Source of the DNA: an uncultured Sphaerobacteraceae bacterium
Lineage (GTDB): Bacteria > Chloroflexota > Chloroflexia > Thermomicrobiales > UBA6265
Direction of reading: 5' to 3'
NCBI GenBank assembly: GCA_964526965.1
Contig: CAZGML010000003.1
Location: 20,775 to 84,774, forward strand
DNA length: 64,000 nucleotides
A program made the position numbers and the translations under genes. Shown piece by piece: positions 26,135-35,983 of this stretch; the first letter of the stretch is position 1, and each line of letters opens with the position of its first letter. Under the pieces are notes generated by a model. It made no database searches. It saw only the letters and a program-made list of their open reading frames with translations, and had not been told where the DNA came from.

Positions 26135-29011
26135 ATGAGCCAGTTCACCAAAGACCCCTTTGGGGCTCGCGATACCCTCTCGCTGGGTGATGGACGATCC
26201 GTAACGTACTACCGACTCCAGAAGCTGGTAGATGACGGGATTCTGGACTCGATTGACCGACTGCCATTCACCGTGCGTATCCTGCTGGAGAATGTGCTCC
26301 GCACCGCCGGCGGCGAGTTCACCACCAGGAACCACGTCGAGCAGCTAGCCAAATGGCAGCCGCAGGAAGGTGGCGCACTGGGGGACGACTTCGAACTGCC
26401 CTTCATGCCTGCCCGCGTTGTTCTGCAGGACTTCACCGGCGTGCCCTGCGTTGTCGACCTCGCAGCCATGCGCAGCGCAGTGGACAAAATGGGCGGCGAT
26501 GTGAGCCGGATTAACCCGCTGGTTCCCGTCGATCTCGTCATCGACCACTCGGTGCAGGTCGACAAGTTCGGCACAAGCCTCGCGTTCATGAACAACGTTG
26601 ATATGGAGTACAAGCGTAACCACGAACGGTACGCGCTGCTCCGCTGGGCACAGGGAGCCTTCCAGAATTTCCGTGCAGTGCCTCCGGGAACCGGTATCGT
26701 GCACCAGGTAAACCTGGAGTACCTCGCAAGCGTGGTTGCCACCGACGAAGTCGATGGCGAAACCGTTGCCTTCCCGGATACGCTGGTCGGTACCGATAGC
26801 CACACCACCATGATCAACGGACTTGGTGTTCTTGGTTGGGGCGTTGGTGGTATCGAGGCCGAGGCGGCCATGCTTGGCCAGCCGCTGTACCAGCTGGCTC
26901 CGGATGTTGTTGGCTTCAAGTTCACGGGAGAGCTCCAGCCCGGCACCACCGCGACCGACCTCGTGCTAACCGTCACCGAGATGTTGCGCGAGCACGGCGT
27001 GGTTGGCCGGTTCGTGGAGTACTACGGCACCGGTCTCTCCAATCTTGGTCTGGCTGACCGTGCCACCATCGCAAATATGTCCCCGGAATATGGCGCTACA
27101 GCCGCCCTCTTCCCGGTAGACGCCGAAACACTTCACTACCTGGAGCTTACCGGCCGCGATCAGTCGCAAATCGAGATGGTTGAGAAGTACGCCAAGGAGC
27201 AGAATCTCTTCCGCACCGACGATACGCCCGACCCGCAATTCAACGAAACGCTTGAGCTTGATCTCGGCACCGTTGAGCCGAGCATGGCTGGCCCACGTCG
27301 ACCACAGGACCGCCTGCCGGTCAGTGGCCTTCGTGACACCTTCAATGAAGCGTTTGCCGAACGACTCGCGGGCGAACTGCCTGAAAAGACCCGCTACGAC
27401 CAGGAAGTTGCGCAGTCGTTCCCGGCAAGTGACCCGCCATCCACAATGGCAAGCGGAAACTCCGGCCAGGAGCATGCCGATGAATCAGCATATCCTGCCG
27501 GCTTCTCGAACTCGGCGACTGCACTTGCAGACACCCGGTTGAAGCGATCCGGCGAAGTGGAAGTTACCGTGGGCGATGCAGACATCACGTTGCATCACGG
27601 TGCGGTAGCTATTGCCGCAATTACGAGCTGCACCAACACCAGTAACCCAAGCGTCATGATTGGCGCTGGCCTGCTGGCGAAGAAGGCCGTTGAACGCGGT
27701 CTCGATGTTCCAGCTTACGTGAAAACCAGCCTGGCGCCAGGCAGCCAGGTGGTAACCCGCTACCTAGACCAGAGTGGCGTACAGCCGTACCTGAGTGCGC
27801 TCGGATTCCAGGTGGTCGGTTACGGTTGCACCACCTGCATTGGTAACTCCGGACCGCTGTTGCCACCGATTGCAGACGCAATTGACGAACACGACCTCGT
27901 GGTCGCCAGCGTGTTGAGTGGTAACCGCAACTTTGAGGGACGCATTCACCCGCAGGTGCGCGCGAGCTTCCTCGCCAGCCCACCGCTGGTGGTCGCGTTC
28001 GCCCTGGCTGGCCGCGTCGATATCGACCTCACCGTCGATCCCGTCGGCTTCGACCCGAACGGCGACCCGGTGATGTTGTCTGACATTTGGCCGACCCGCG
28101 AAGAAGTGGAAGAAGCCATGTCCACCAGCGTGACACCAGAGATGTTCCGCGAGGAATACGCTTCGGTGTTCGAAGGCGACGAGCGCTGGCAGAACCTGCC
28201 CGTGCCTGAGGGTGACCTCTTCGTATGGGACGAGGACAGCACTTACGTGCGTGAGCCGGACTTCTTCGAAGACATGTCGCCGGATCCACAGCCCGTGCCA
28301 GATGTGAAGGATGCCCACGTACTCGCCTACCTTGGCGACTCCGTAACGACCGACCACATCAGCCCGGCCGGTTCGATTGCCCGCAACAGCCCGGCAGCCG
28401 AGTACCTGACCGAGCACGGGGTGAAGCCGTTCCAGTTCAACAGCTACGGCAGCCGCCGCGGTAACCACGAGGTGATGGTACGCGGAACCTTTGCGAACAT
28501 TCGCCTGCGCAACCAGTTGGTACCAGGCAGCGAGGGCAATGTCACGAAGCACCTGCCAAGTGGCGAAGAAATGACCATCTACGAAGCATCCGAGAAGTAC
28601 CAGGCCGAGGATCGCGACCTGATTGTGATTGCCGGTAGCGAGTACGGAAGCGGCTCCAGCCGCGACTGGGCGGCCAAGGGAACGCTGATGCTCGGTGTGA
28701 AGGCGGTTATCGCCACCAGCTTCGAGCGCATCCACCGCAGTAACCTGGTGGGCATGGGCGTTATGCCTCTGCAGTTCAAGCCCGGAGAGGATGCCGAGAG
28801 CCTCGGCATTACAGGTGAAGAAACCTTCACCATCGAAAACCTCGACGAGCAGATGGCTCCGAAGGCAACCATTACCGTGAAGGCGAAGCGCCCGGACGGT
28901 AGTGAGTTCAGCTTCGAGACGATCCAGCGTGTTGATAGCCAAGTGGATATCAACTACATGCGCAACGGCGGAATCCTTCCGACCGTACTGCGCCGGTTGG
29001 TCCAGGCGTAA
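26135..29011 (+). CDS. acnA: Aconitate hydratase A
   Basis: 958 aa. Fe-S ligand contexts ITSCTNTSNPSVM and GYGCTTCIGNSG. Conserved VVLQDFTGVP, GTDSHTTMINGLGVLGWGVGGIEAEA and the C-terminal swivel domain (SSRDWAAKG). Confidence 0.96.
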   Translation: MSQFTKDPFGARDTLSLGDGRSVTYYRLQKLVDDGILDSIDRLPFTVRILLENVLRTAGGEFTTRNHVEQLAKWQPQEGGALGDDFELPFMPARVVLQDFTGVPCVVDLAAMRSAVDKMGGDVSRINPLVPVDLVIDHSVQVDKFGTSLAFMNNVDMEYKRNHERYALLRWAQGAFQNFRAVPPGTGIVHQVNLEYLASVVATDEVDGETVAFPDTLVGTDSHTTMINGLGVLGWGVGGIEAEAAMLGQPLYQLAPDVVGFKFTGELQPGTTATDLVLTVTEMLREHGVVGRFVEYYGTGLSNLGLADRATIANMSPEYGATAALFPVDAETLHYLELTGRDQSQIEMVEKYAKEQNLFRTDDTPDPQFNETLELDLGTVEPSMAGPRRPQDRLPVSGLRDTFNEAFAERLAGELPEKTRYDQEVAQSFPASDPPSTMASGNSGQEHADESAYPAGFSNSATALADTRLKRSGEVEVTVGDADITLHHGAVAIAAITSCTNTSNPSVMIGAGLLAKKAVERGLDVPAYVKTSLAPGSQVVTRYLDQSGVQPYLSALGFQVVGYGCTTCIGNSGPLLPPIADAIDEHDLVVASVLSGNRNFEGRIHPQVRASFLASPPLVVAFALAGRVDIDLTVDPVGFDPNGDPVMLSDIWPTREEVEEAMSTSVTPEMFREEYASVFEGDERWQNLPVPEGDLFVWDEDSTYVREPDFFEDMSPDPQPVPDVKDAHVLAYLGDSVTTDHISPAGSIARNSPAAEYLTEHGVKPFQFNSYGSRRGNHEVMVRGTFANIRLRNQLVPGSEGNVTKHLPSGEEMTIYEASEKYQAEDRDLIVIAGSEYGSGSSRDWAAKGTLMLGVKAVIATSFERIHRSNLVGMGVMPLQFKPGEDAESLGITGEETFTIENLDEQMAPKATITVKAKRPDGSEFSFETIQRVDSQVDINYMRNGGILPTVLRRLVQA

Positions 29012-29031
29012 CGCCGAATCGTTGACAACCA

Positions 29032-29067
29032 AAATACGGGGCGGTCCGGCTGGACCGCCCCGTATTT
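29032..29067. terminator. Bidirectional intrinsic terminator between acnA and tyrS
   Basis: aaatacggggcggtcc-ggct-ggaccgccccgtattt: 16-bp perfect stem. A tract on the left and cgttttctttg on the right. Confidence 0.8.
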
Positions 29068-29203
29068 CGTTTTCTTTGCCTTGTGGCAGGCGCGGTACCT
29101 TTTGCGCCTTGCGCGGCGAGAGTTTGCAAACCCAACCGTCATCTGAGCGTCGAGCATAGCAGTTGCCGAAGAATCTCTCGGCGACTCCTGTTGCCACGTT
29201 CCC

Positions 29204-30547
29204 CTACTGGATCGCAAGCCGCTTGAAGCGCTTCTTGCCGGCGCGGAGAAGGACTGCCGACGCATCGTCAATGACACTGGCAAACGGTACATCCACATCC
29301 GTCACTTTTTCATCGTTAATGCGCAGTCCGCCCTGTTTGGCGAGTCGCCGAGCTTCCCCGCGGCTCTTGGCGAGTTCCGCGGCGACGTAGGCATCCGCCA
29401 GCGTGAACTCATCCGTCAGGTCACTGGCGGCGAGCTCAGTAGTGGGCAGCGTATCATCGCTCGCATCGGGACCCGATCCACCACCAGCGAAGAGTCGCTT
29501 TGTTGCCTCCTCTGCCTGCTGGGCAGCCTCGAGTCCGTGTGCCATCGCCGTAGCCTCGAGAGCGAGCACACGTTTGGATTCTCGTAGCGCCTCGCCGCTC
29601 ACGCTGGTGAGATCGGCGATTTCGTCATCCATGATGTAGGTGAATCGCTTCAGGTAGGTTTCCACCATTGCATCGTCGGTGTTCATCCAGAACTGGTAGT
29701 AATCGTATGGACTGAACATCTCCGGGTTGAGCCACACACGCAACCCTCCGCCCGTTTTGCCCATCTTTTCGCCGGATGGTGTGGTGATAAGCGGCTGCAC
29801 CAGCGCGTACACCTTTGCCCTGTCGGCCCGGCGAATGAGATCTACGCCGCCGAGTATGTTGCTCCATTGGTCGCTACCACCGAGCTGCAGGGTGCAGCCC
29901 TCTTCGCGATAGAGGTGGAGGAAATCGTATCCCTGAACGAGGCGATAGTTGAACTCCACGAAGTTGAGACCGCCGGTCTCGAATCGCTGCCGATACGTTT
30001 CGGTAGCCAACATCTCATTGACGCTGAAATGCTGACCGATGTCTCGCAGGAACTCGATGTACTTCAGTTCCAGCAGCCAGTCGGCATTGTTCACGAGGGT
30101 CGCGGGCGGGTTCTCACCGAACTGGCCTCCCTCGAAGTCGAGATATTTGGCGAGTTGGGAACTGATCCCTTCCAGGTTACGCTCGAGATCTTCGATCTCG
30201 ATGATTTCGCGCGCACTGGTGCGGCCAGTCGGATCTCCGACCATTGCCGTACCGCCACCGGCCAACGCTATGGGCCGATGGCCGAATCGCTGGAGCGTGC
30301 CATGAAGCATAAGCGTGGCCATATGGCCGGCGTGGAGGCTGACTCCAGTGGGATCGTAGCCGATGTAGTAGGTGCGCATACCGGTTGCCAGGTGTTCGCG
30401 CAGGCCGTCTTCGTCGGAGATGTCATGCACAAACCCGCGCGATCGCAAATAATCCACCGGGTTTATTCCCTGCGCCCTGGCGTACTCGGGGGCGCTGGTG
30501 CGTCCGGTAGGTGTGGTGGAAGTCGCGGAATTTGCGTGCGTGGACAT
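29204..30547 (-). CDS. tyrS: Tyrosine--tRNA ligase (with C-terminal S4 domain)
   Basis: HIGH-type motif GVSLHAGH, KMSKS-type motif KMGKTGG, GGTAMVGDPTGRTSAR, and a C-terminal S4-like segment (RRLAKQGGLRINDEKV). 447 aa. Confidence 0.95.
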   Translation of the reverse strand: MSTHANSATSTTPTGRTSAPEYARAQGINPVDYLRSRGFVHDISDEDGLREHLATGMRTYYIGYDPTGVSLHAGHMATLMLHGTLQRFGHRPIALAGGGTAMVGDPTGRTSAREIIEIEDLERNLEGISSQLAKYLDFEGGQFGENPPATLVNNADWLLELKYIEFLRDIGQHFSVNEMLATETYRQRFETGGLNFVEFNYRLVQGYDFLHLYREEGCTLQLGGSDQWSNILGGVDLIRRADRAKVYALVQPLITTPSGEKMGKTGGGLRVWLNPEMFSPYDYYQFWMNTDDAMVETYLKRFTYIMDDEIADLTSVSGEALRESKRVLALEATAMAHGLEAAQQAEEATKRLFAGGGSGPDASDDTLPTTELAASDLTDEFTLADAYVAAELAKSRGEARRLAKQGGLRINDEKVTDVDVPFASVIDDASAVLLRAGKKRFKRLAIQ

Positions 30548-30578
30548 CGTCTGCCTTTCGAAAGAAGTACTACGTCAA

Positions 30579-30607
30579 TAAAAATGGCCCGGGCTAGTGC
30601 CCGGGCC
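30579..30607 (-). terminator. Intrinsic terminator after LCP gene 1, upstream of tyrS
   Basis: Minus strand: ggcccgggc-acta-gcccgggcc followed by atttttatt. Confidence 0.75.
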
Positions 30608-30644
30608 TGAACTCGGCATCAGAGAAATCCGGTGCCGGGTACAC

Positions 30645-31604
30645 CTAGATTTCGCCGTTGAGGAATCCCTGGACATATCCTGGCAACTGCTGCCAATCGC
30701 CCTGGTATACCCACATTCCACCGGCTACGGTATCACCCCAGAGCAGGTGCGTGATAGTACCCCAGTGGACGTTTTCGGACGGGATTTCCGGAACAACACT
30801 CAGGAGATGCAATTGCACATCCGTCGGGATATTGGTAATCACATGCTCGCGGCCGATTTCCAGCAGTTCTGGTAATCGCTCCAGGTTCTCCGGTTCCTGT
30901 GCCTTTTCCAGCAGGGCGGAAAGAATGAGCTGCTGGCGCATTACGCGACCATCGTCCCCATCCTGGTTACGGGTTCGCATCAGTTGCAGGGCTTCTTCGC
31001 CGTTGATGTCGATCTCGCCGGCCGGGAAGGAGAGTTCCATCACTCCGTAATCGAGGGTCGGATAATTATCATCATAGAGTTCGTACGGGTTCTCAATGGT
31101 CACACCGCCAAAGAGATCGACGATTTCCTCAACACCTTCAAAGCGTACAGAGAGAGCGGCATCAATAGTGAGGCCGAAGTTGTGCTCGAATGTCGCGCGT
31201 GTGGCCGACATTCCTTCCATCCACTGTTCGTGGCCATTCTCTGCAACCAGCTTGAAGGCAGCGTTGATCTTGTCGGCACCGATGCCCGGCACCTCAACAT
31301 AGAGGTCTCGCGGGAAGCTCATGGTACGCACGGTATTGTTCACCGTATCCACGCGGCTCACCATCATGACGTCGGTGTTGAGCTCCTCGTCATCGGGTCG
31401 CGTGTCCATACCAAGCACCAGGAATGTGTACACATCCTTGGTTTCCACCGCGGCGGGTGTTACGAAATCGTTCCCGTCGGGAATTTCCACGGCGTTATCA
31501 TCGCCATCCTGGGCGGCAATAATGCGAAAACCGCCAGATGCAGCGGCAGCTGCCATAGCGGCGGTAAGTCCGGCAAAAGATCGTCGGTTCATATAACGGG
31601 TCAT
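30645..31604 (-). CDS. LCP (LytR-CpsA-Psr) family glycopolymer ligase, paralog 1
   Basis: Tat-like signal MNRRSFAGLTAAMAAAAA. LCP core FLVLGMDTRPDDEELNTDVMMVSRVD...TMSFPRDLYVEVPGIGADKINAA. 319 aa. Confidence 0.9.
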   Translation of the reverse strand: MTRYMNRRSFAGLTAAMAAAAASGGFRIIAAQDGDDNAVEIPDGNDFVTPAAVETKDVYTFLVLGMDTRPDDEELNTDVMMVSRVDTVNNTVRTMSFPRDLYVEVPGIGADKINAAFKLVAENGHEQWMEGMSATRATFEHNFGLTIDAALSVRFEGVEEIVDLFGGVTIENPYELYDDNYPTLDYGVMELSFPAGEIDINGEEALQLMRTRNQDGDDGRVMRQQLILSALLEKAQEPENLERLPELLEIGREHVITNIPTDVQLHLLSVVPEIPSENVHWGTITHLLWGDTVAGGMWVYQGDWQQLPGYVQGFLNGEI

Positions 31605-31731
31605 AAACTCTGGTACCTTTCAAGCATGCAAATGGCGCTGGACCCTCACGGAGACCACTGTCTTCCGTGGGTATAGTAGCCTATTTTCACGATGTATTTC
31701 TCAGTTGACACGATATGAAAGCAGGAAAGCC

Positions 31732-32295
31732 ATGTCCACTGAATCAATAAACTGGATCTCGGACTGGGACGAAGCAAAAACCCGGTCCCGGGCCGAACGG
31801 AAACCCATTCTCATTGACGTCTACCAGGACAACTGCGGCGGATGCGAGCGCCTGATGAACGAGACGTTTACCGATCCCGATGTTATTAAGGAAGTGAATG
31901 ACCGGTTCATTCCCCTCACCCTTCACATGTTCCAGGATCGCGCCGTTGTGCGGGACTGGGGACTCTTTTGGACGCCAACCATCCTCTTCGCAGATCGCAC
32001 AGGCCGCATTCGATACGAATCGGTGAACTACGTTCCGGCAGATGTAATGCTGGATGTGCTCGATATCGGCGAAGCCCGCGTTTCCATGCGCTGGCGAGAA
32101 TTCGATAACGCGATCGAACGGCTACGCGACGTGGAAGAACGCCACCCCGATGGGCCAATGACCGCCGAGGCGATCTACTGGCGTGGGATGGCCGAGTACT
32201 TCCGCGATGGGTCAAAACCCGAAACAGCAAAGCGGGTTTGGGCCGAGATTACTGACCGGTTCCCGAAGTCCGTTTGGGCGGCGCGACAGCCCTAG
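31732..32295 (+). CDS. Thioredoxin-fold protein with CGGC motif and helical C-terminal region
   Basis: KPILIDVYQDNCGGCERLMNETF and WTPTILFADRTG are thioredoxin-fold hallmarks. The C-terminal part (AIERLRDVEERHPD...AIYWRGMAEYF) looks TPR-like. ATG 31732 with AGGAAA RBS. Its stop overlaps the stop of LCP paralog 2 (CTAG). Confidence 0.7.
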   Translation: MSTESINWISDWDEAKTRSRAERKPILIDVYQDNCGGCERLMNETFTDPDVIKEVNDRFIPLTLHMFQDRAVVRDWGLFWTPTILFADRTGRIRYESVNYVPADVMLDVLDIGEARVSMRWREFDNAIERLRDVEERHPDGPMTAEAIYWRGMAEYFRDGSKPETAKRVWAEITDRFPKSVWAARQP

Positions 32296-33293
32296 GGTCG
32301 GTTAGGATCAATCGCTCCAATACCAAGCCAGCCGCGCACGTGGCCGGGCAGGTATGACCAGTCGGTCATGTAGTTCCAGCCGCCATCGGCCAGCGTTTCT
32401 CCCCACAGGAACTCGACGACTGTGCCCCACTCCACCAGTTCCGGATCCATATCCGGCACGCTGGCGACCAGGTGACCTTGCACGTCGGCGGGGATATCGG
32501 TCATGACGAACTCCTGACCCGCTTCAACGATGGAGGGGATTCGTGTGACGTTAGACGGCTTCTGGAGCTCATCCAGACACGCCGACAGCACGATCTGCTG
32601 GCGCATAACACGGCCTTCATCGAAATCCATGTGACGCGTGCGACTGAACTCGAGGGCTTCGTCACCATTCAGCCGAAGCTCGCCCTCAGGGTAGAAAATT
32701 TCCTTGGTGCCGTAGTCGGGAGTCGGGTACTCCTCATCCCAAAGATCGTACGGGTTGATAACGGTAATACCACCCATCGCATCGATTACACCCGGCATTT
32801 TCAGCAGGTTGGTGGTAACGAACCCATCCACCTTGAAGTTGAAGTTCCATTCGATGGTGGCACGGAAGAGCGCGATACCGGCGTTCCAGCTGTGATTATT
32901 CAGCTTGGCACCGATGTTGTACGCACCATTAATTTTGTGCTGGCCGTAGCCAGGAACTTCCACGAGGAGATCGCGCGGGATCGAAATCGTGCGTTTGCGG
33001 TTGTTCGCCACATCAACCCGGGTGAGCATGATGACGTCGGTGTTCTCGGCCTCTTCGGCGCTGCGCGTATCCATACCGGCCACCACAAAGGTATAGGCAT
33101 CCTGCACCGGAAGTGCGGTTGGCGTAGCGATGGATTCCGGCGGCGGTATCGGGGTGGAATATGGACCTTCAGTTGGCGTGGGCTCGGGCTGCTGACCAAG
33201 CGCAGGCTGGGGTTTTATCAGCCCTCCACGAGCGGCGACAAGTGCTCCGGCCAACGCAAATGCGCGACGAGAAAAAGCCTTCTTGAGCGACAT
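32292..33293 (-). CDS. LCP (LytR-CpsA-Psr) family glycopolymer ligase, paralog 2
   Basis: FVVAGMDTRSAEEAENTDVIMLTRVD...TISIPRDLLVEVPGYGQHKINGA. Collinear with paralog 1 to the C-terminus (LPGHVRGWL vs LPGYVQGFL). 333 aa. Confidence 0.9.
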   Translation of the reverse strand: MSLKKAFSRRAFALAGALVAARGGLIKPQPALGQQPEPTPTEGPYSTPIPPPESIATPTALPVQDAYTFVVAGMDTRSAEEAENTDVIMLTRVDVANNRKRTISIPRDLLVEVPGYGQHKINGAYNIGAKLNNHSWNAGIALFRATIEWNFNFKVDGFVTTNLLKMPGVIDAMGGITVINPYDLWDEEYPTPDYGTKEIFYPEGELRLNGDEALEFSRTRHMDFDEGRVMRQQIVLSACLDELQKPSNVTRIPSIVEAGQEFVMTDIPADVQGHLVASVPDMDPELVEWGTVVEFLWGETLADGGWNYMTDWSYLPGHVRGWLGIGAIDPNRP

Positions 33294-33424
33294 TCAAATC
33301 CTCCTGTACCAATGGTTGCTCCATAATGATGTGCCTCGTTTATCCCAATGAATCCAGCCATAAATGATCGACGGGAATCAACACACCAATGCTGAGAATA
33401 CCATTTTCGAACCCTCACCCAACC

Positions 33425-33742
33425 TCACGAAATAACTTGCCGTAAGACCCACACTGTGAGAATACCGGCACTCATTGCCAGCAGCAGGTTGGGGCGAACA
33501 CGCATCGTCGCAGCTACGGCCGCCACACCAAACACACCGGGAACACCAGCCTCCAGCATGGTTGGAACAACTATGGCGGTAATAACGGCCCCGGGGAGAT
33601 AACCGAGTCCCGCCTCCATGCGCGGAGACAGGGTGATGCGACCCATCAGCCAATAGCCACCTCCGCGAAACGCGTAGGTAATCACGGCCATTATCGCGAT
33701 GGCCCAAATCGAATCAACCTGAAGGCCCAGCCAGTCGTTCAT
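33425..33742 (-). CDS. azlD: AzlD family branched-chain amino acid transport protein
   Basis: 105 aa from ATG 33742 (MNDWLGLQVDSIWAIAIMAVITYAFRGGGYWL...). ATGA overlap with the azlC stop. The listed 181-aa ORF is an upstream extension inside azlC. Confidence 0.8.
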   Translation of the reverse strand: MNDWLGLQVDSIWAIAIMAVITYAFRGGGYWLMGRITLSPRMEAGLGYLPGAVITAIVVPTMLEAGVPGVFGVAAVAATMRVRPNLLLAMSAGILTVWVLRQVIS

Positions 33743-34458
33743 GTCGTCGCCTCGGTGTCCGTTTTCGGTTCGCGCTGATCTGGCCGGAGAAATGCCACGG
33801 TGACGCCCGCTGCTCCGCCCGCAAGCACGTACCAGGTGCCGGGAATCAGCATCCATGTGAGCCAGGCAGGGAGACCGCTGGCGATCCAGGGGGCAAGGTC
33901 GCGCCTGCTGCGAAAGCTGCCGAACAGCATGGCGGCAAACACGGCCGTGAAGGCGAAATCGAGTCCCCAATCTGCAGGGTCACCGATGCGTCCGCCCAGA
34001 AGCCAGCCCACCAGTGTGGCCGGAAACCAGGCGATAACGACGATGAGGTTGCACCCGAGCACGACACCCGCATCTCGCTCGCCGAGGCGATAGCGCATCA
34101 TTGCGACTGACCAACTTTCATCCGAAACATTGTGGAGGAGCGGATACACGATCCTGTTGGAAAGTGATTTGAGCCACGGTCGCAACGACGCCGTGAGCAG
34201 CATGAGTCGCAGGTTGATGAGCGCCGTAACGGTGGCGATCGTAACAAGCGGCAGCGGATGCTCCCAGTAGGACATCACGGCCATTTGCGCTGCACCAGCG
34301 AAGACGAAGAGGTTGAGCAGCATTGCCTCGAGGAGGGAAGCATCTGCCTGCTGGGCCAACATGCCAAACACGGAGCCGTACGCAGCTACTGGCAACCCGA
34401 GTGGAGCAGTAGATCGGAGACCGGCTCGTACACCCGCACGGGTGAATGTTACGGACAA
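33739..34458 (-). CDS. azlC: AzlC family branched-chain amino acid exporter subunit
   Basis: GLPVAAYGSVFGMLA, FVFAGAAQMAV and INLRLMLLTASL are AzlC-type blocks. Start uncertain. I chose TTG 34458, preceded by GAGAGGGG (239 aa). The listed ATG 34767 would run through the divergent apt gene. ATG 34551 and GTG 34500 are alternatives. Confidence 0.75.
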   Translation of the reverse strand: MSVTFTRAGVRAGLRSTAPLGLPVAAYGSVFGMLAQQADASLLEAMLLNLFVFAGAAQMAVMSYWEHPLPLVTIATVTALINLRLMLLTASLRPWLKSLSNRIVYPLLHNVSDESWSVAMMRYRLGERDAGVVLGCNLIVVIAWFPATLVGWLLGGRIGDPADWGLDFAFTAVFAAMLFGSFRSRRDLAPWIASGLPAWLTWMLIPGTWYVLAGGAAGVTVAFLRPDQREPKTDTEATT

Positions 34459-34555
34459 AATGGGCCCCTCTCGGCGTTTTTCGTGCGGTACACTTGCCAC
34501 TGGTTTGTCAGGCGAATGTACCGCCGCCTGCCTGTATAAGGATCTGCGCATAATC

Positions 34556-35083
34556 ATGACCGATTTGAACACGCACCTCAAGCAGTTTATCCGCGATATA
34601 CCCGATTTTCCCGTCGAAGGAATTATGTTCCGGGATATCACGACCCTGCTCGCGAATCCGGACGGGTTCCGCGATGCGATCGATGGGCTGCTGGCTCCAT
34701 ATACAGATGAGCGCATCGACAAGGTTGTGGTTATCGAAAGCCGCGGCTTCATTTTCGGTACACCCATGGCCTATCAACTGGGTGCTGGCGTGGTGCCTGT
34801 ACGTAAACCGGGCAAGTTGCCATCCGAAACGCTGACCGAGGAGTATTCCCTCGAATACGGCACGAACACACTGGAAATCCATACCGACGCCATCGAAAAG
34901 GGCGAGCGTGTGATCATCGTGGACGATTTGCTCGCCACCGGAGGCACTGTTGAGGCCACCATTCGCCTGGTCGAGAAGATCGGCGGCGAGATCGTGGGTA
35001 TCAGCTTCCTGGCGGAACTCATGGAGCTCAATGGCCGCGAGCGTGTGCGTGATTATCCATATTACAGCCTGGTCCGGTACTAG
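34556..35083 (+). CDS. apt: Adenine phosphoribosyltransferase
   Basis: MTDLNTHLKQFIRDIPDFPVEGIMFRDITTLLANPDGF and PRPP motif VIIVDDLLATGGT. 175 aa from ATG 34556. Confidence 0.95.
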   Translation: MTDLNTHLKQFIRDIPDFPVEGIMFRDITTLLANPDGFRDAIDGLLAPYTDERIDKVVVIESRGFIFGTPMAYQLGAGVVPVRKPGKLPSETLTEEYSLEYGTNTLEIHTDAIEKGERVIIVDDLLATGGTVEATIRLVEKIGGEIVGISFLAELMELNGRERVRDYPYYSLVRY

Positions 35084-35167
35084 CCTCTACCGGGCCGATA
35101 GCTGGGCCAGATGAAGTAGAATGAAGAGTATTGGGGGTATCGTACGTATACAGAAAGGATAACCTCA

Positions 35168-35983
35168 ATGGGCTTTCTGGAGCGGCTCGAGAACCTCATC
35201 CAGGGCGCGGTCGAAGGCAGCGCAAGCTCCGTACTGCGCCAAAAGATCAAGCCAATTGATATTGAAAACCAACTTGAACGTAAGATGCGCGAGAAGGTAG
35301 AACCATCTCGCGGGGGTCGACTTGCGCCCAACAACTTCACCGTGTGGTTACACCCCGACACATTCCGCGAAACCATCGCCGGCGTCGAGGGCTACAATCG
35401 CCACTGCGAGTTGCTGTTGAACCAGTACGCGTCGCAACAGGGATACTCGTTACTGCATCCACGCATCAGCGTTGTATTCGATACAGATGCCGACCTTGGC
35501 CGCCGCGAGGTGCACGTGGAGGCCGATTTTGATGCACCGGCCCCAACCCCGCACATGCCGGATCATTCAGCTCCGGCTGCCGACTACTCGCGCACCCAGG
35601 TCATTCAGCCCCCGCCATCGCAACCGGTGCAGGAATCCCAACCGGAACCCCAAAGGGAAAGCCAATGGACCCTGCAGGTGGTGCACGGCAACGATGTGAT
35701 ACAGCAATACACCATTCCCCTCGGCGAAGTGAGTGTGGGTCGCGCGCTGGATTGCGATATCGTGCTGCAGGATGAACGCAACACCGTTTCACGCCAGCAC
35801 GCAGTGATCATCAATCACGGCCACGAGCTGCGCCTGCGTGACAGCCAAAGCAAGAACGGGACGAAAGTTAACGGTAATTACATTCCGTACCAGGTGGAAA
35901 CGCTCATCACGAACGGAACCGAGATCACCTTTGGCGCCTGCGTGGTGCGAGTGTATATGAACCGCGGACAAGGGGGCTGGTAG
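35168..35983 (+). CDS. FhaA-like protein (N-terminal DUF3662-like domain, Pro/Gln-rich linker, C-terminal FHA domain)
   Basis: N-terminus MGFLERLENLIQGAVEGSASSVLRQKIKPIDIENQLERKM. Linker APAPTPHMPD...PPPSQPVQESQPEPQ. FHA core VSVGRALDCDIVLQDERNTVSRQHAVIINHGHELRLRDSQSKNGTKVNG. Confidence 0.8.
   Translation: MGFLERLENLIQGAVEGSASSVLRQKIKPIDIENQLERKMREKVEPSRGGRLAPNNFTVWLHPDTFRETIAGVEGYNRHCELLLNQYASQQGYSLLHPRISVVFDTDADLGRREVHVEADFDAPAPTPHMPDHSAPAADYSRTQVIQPPPSQPVQESQPEPQRESQWTLQVVHGNDVIQQYTIPLGEVSVGRALDCDIVLQDERNTVSRQHAVIINHGHELRLRDSQSKNGTKVNGNYIPYQVETLITNGTEITFGACVVRVYMNRGQGGW

Noticed and set aside
25914-26138. 74-codon upstream ORF whose TGA overlaps the acnA ATG (ATGA-type coupling)
   Set aside because: It has no RBS, its composition is Cys/Trp/Arg-rich, and it lies in a lower-GC intergenic region. 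The overlap is probably coincidental.
27764-29197. 477-aa minus-strand ORF antisense to acnA (with nested ORFs 27946..28242 and 28029..28289)
   Set aside because: It overlaps the highly conserved aconitase C-terminal half and has no motifs or RBS. It also crosses the acnA terminator hairpin.
30548-30700. Possible tyrosine T-box leader upstream of tyrS
   Set aside because: The terminator hairpin plus U tract 35 nt upstream of the tyrS start resembles a T-box expression platform. So does a nearby AGGTGTACCCGGCACCGG stretch, which loosely recalls the AGGGTGGTACCGCG T-box. However, the motif is imperfect and begins at the stop codon of the LCP gene. Stem I and the specifier would have to lie inside LCP coding sequence that is collinear with its paralog to the last residues. 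The hairpin is better explained as the LCP terminator. An Infernal scan with RF00230 would settle it.
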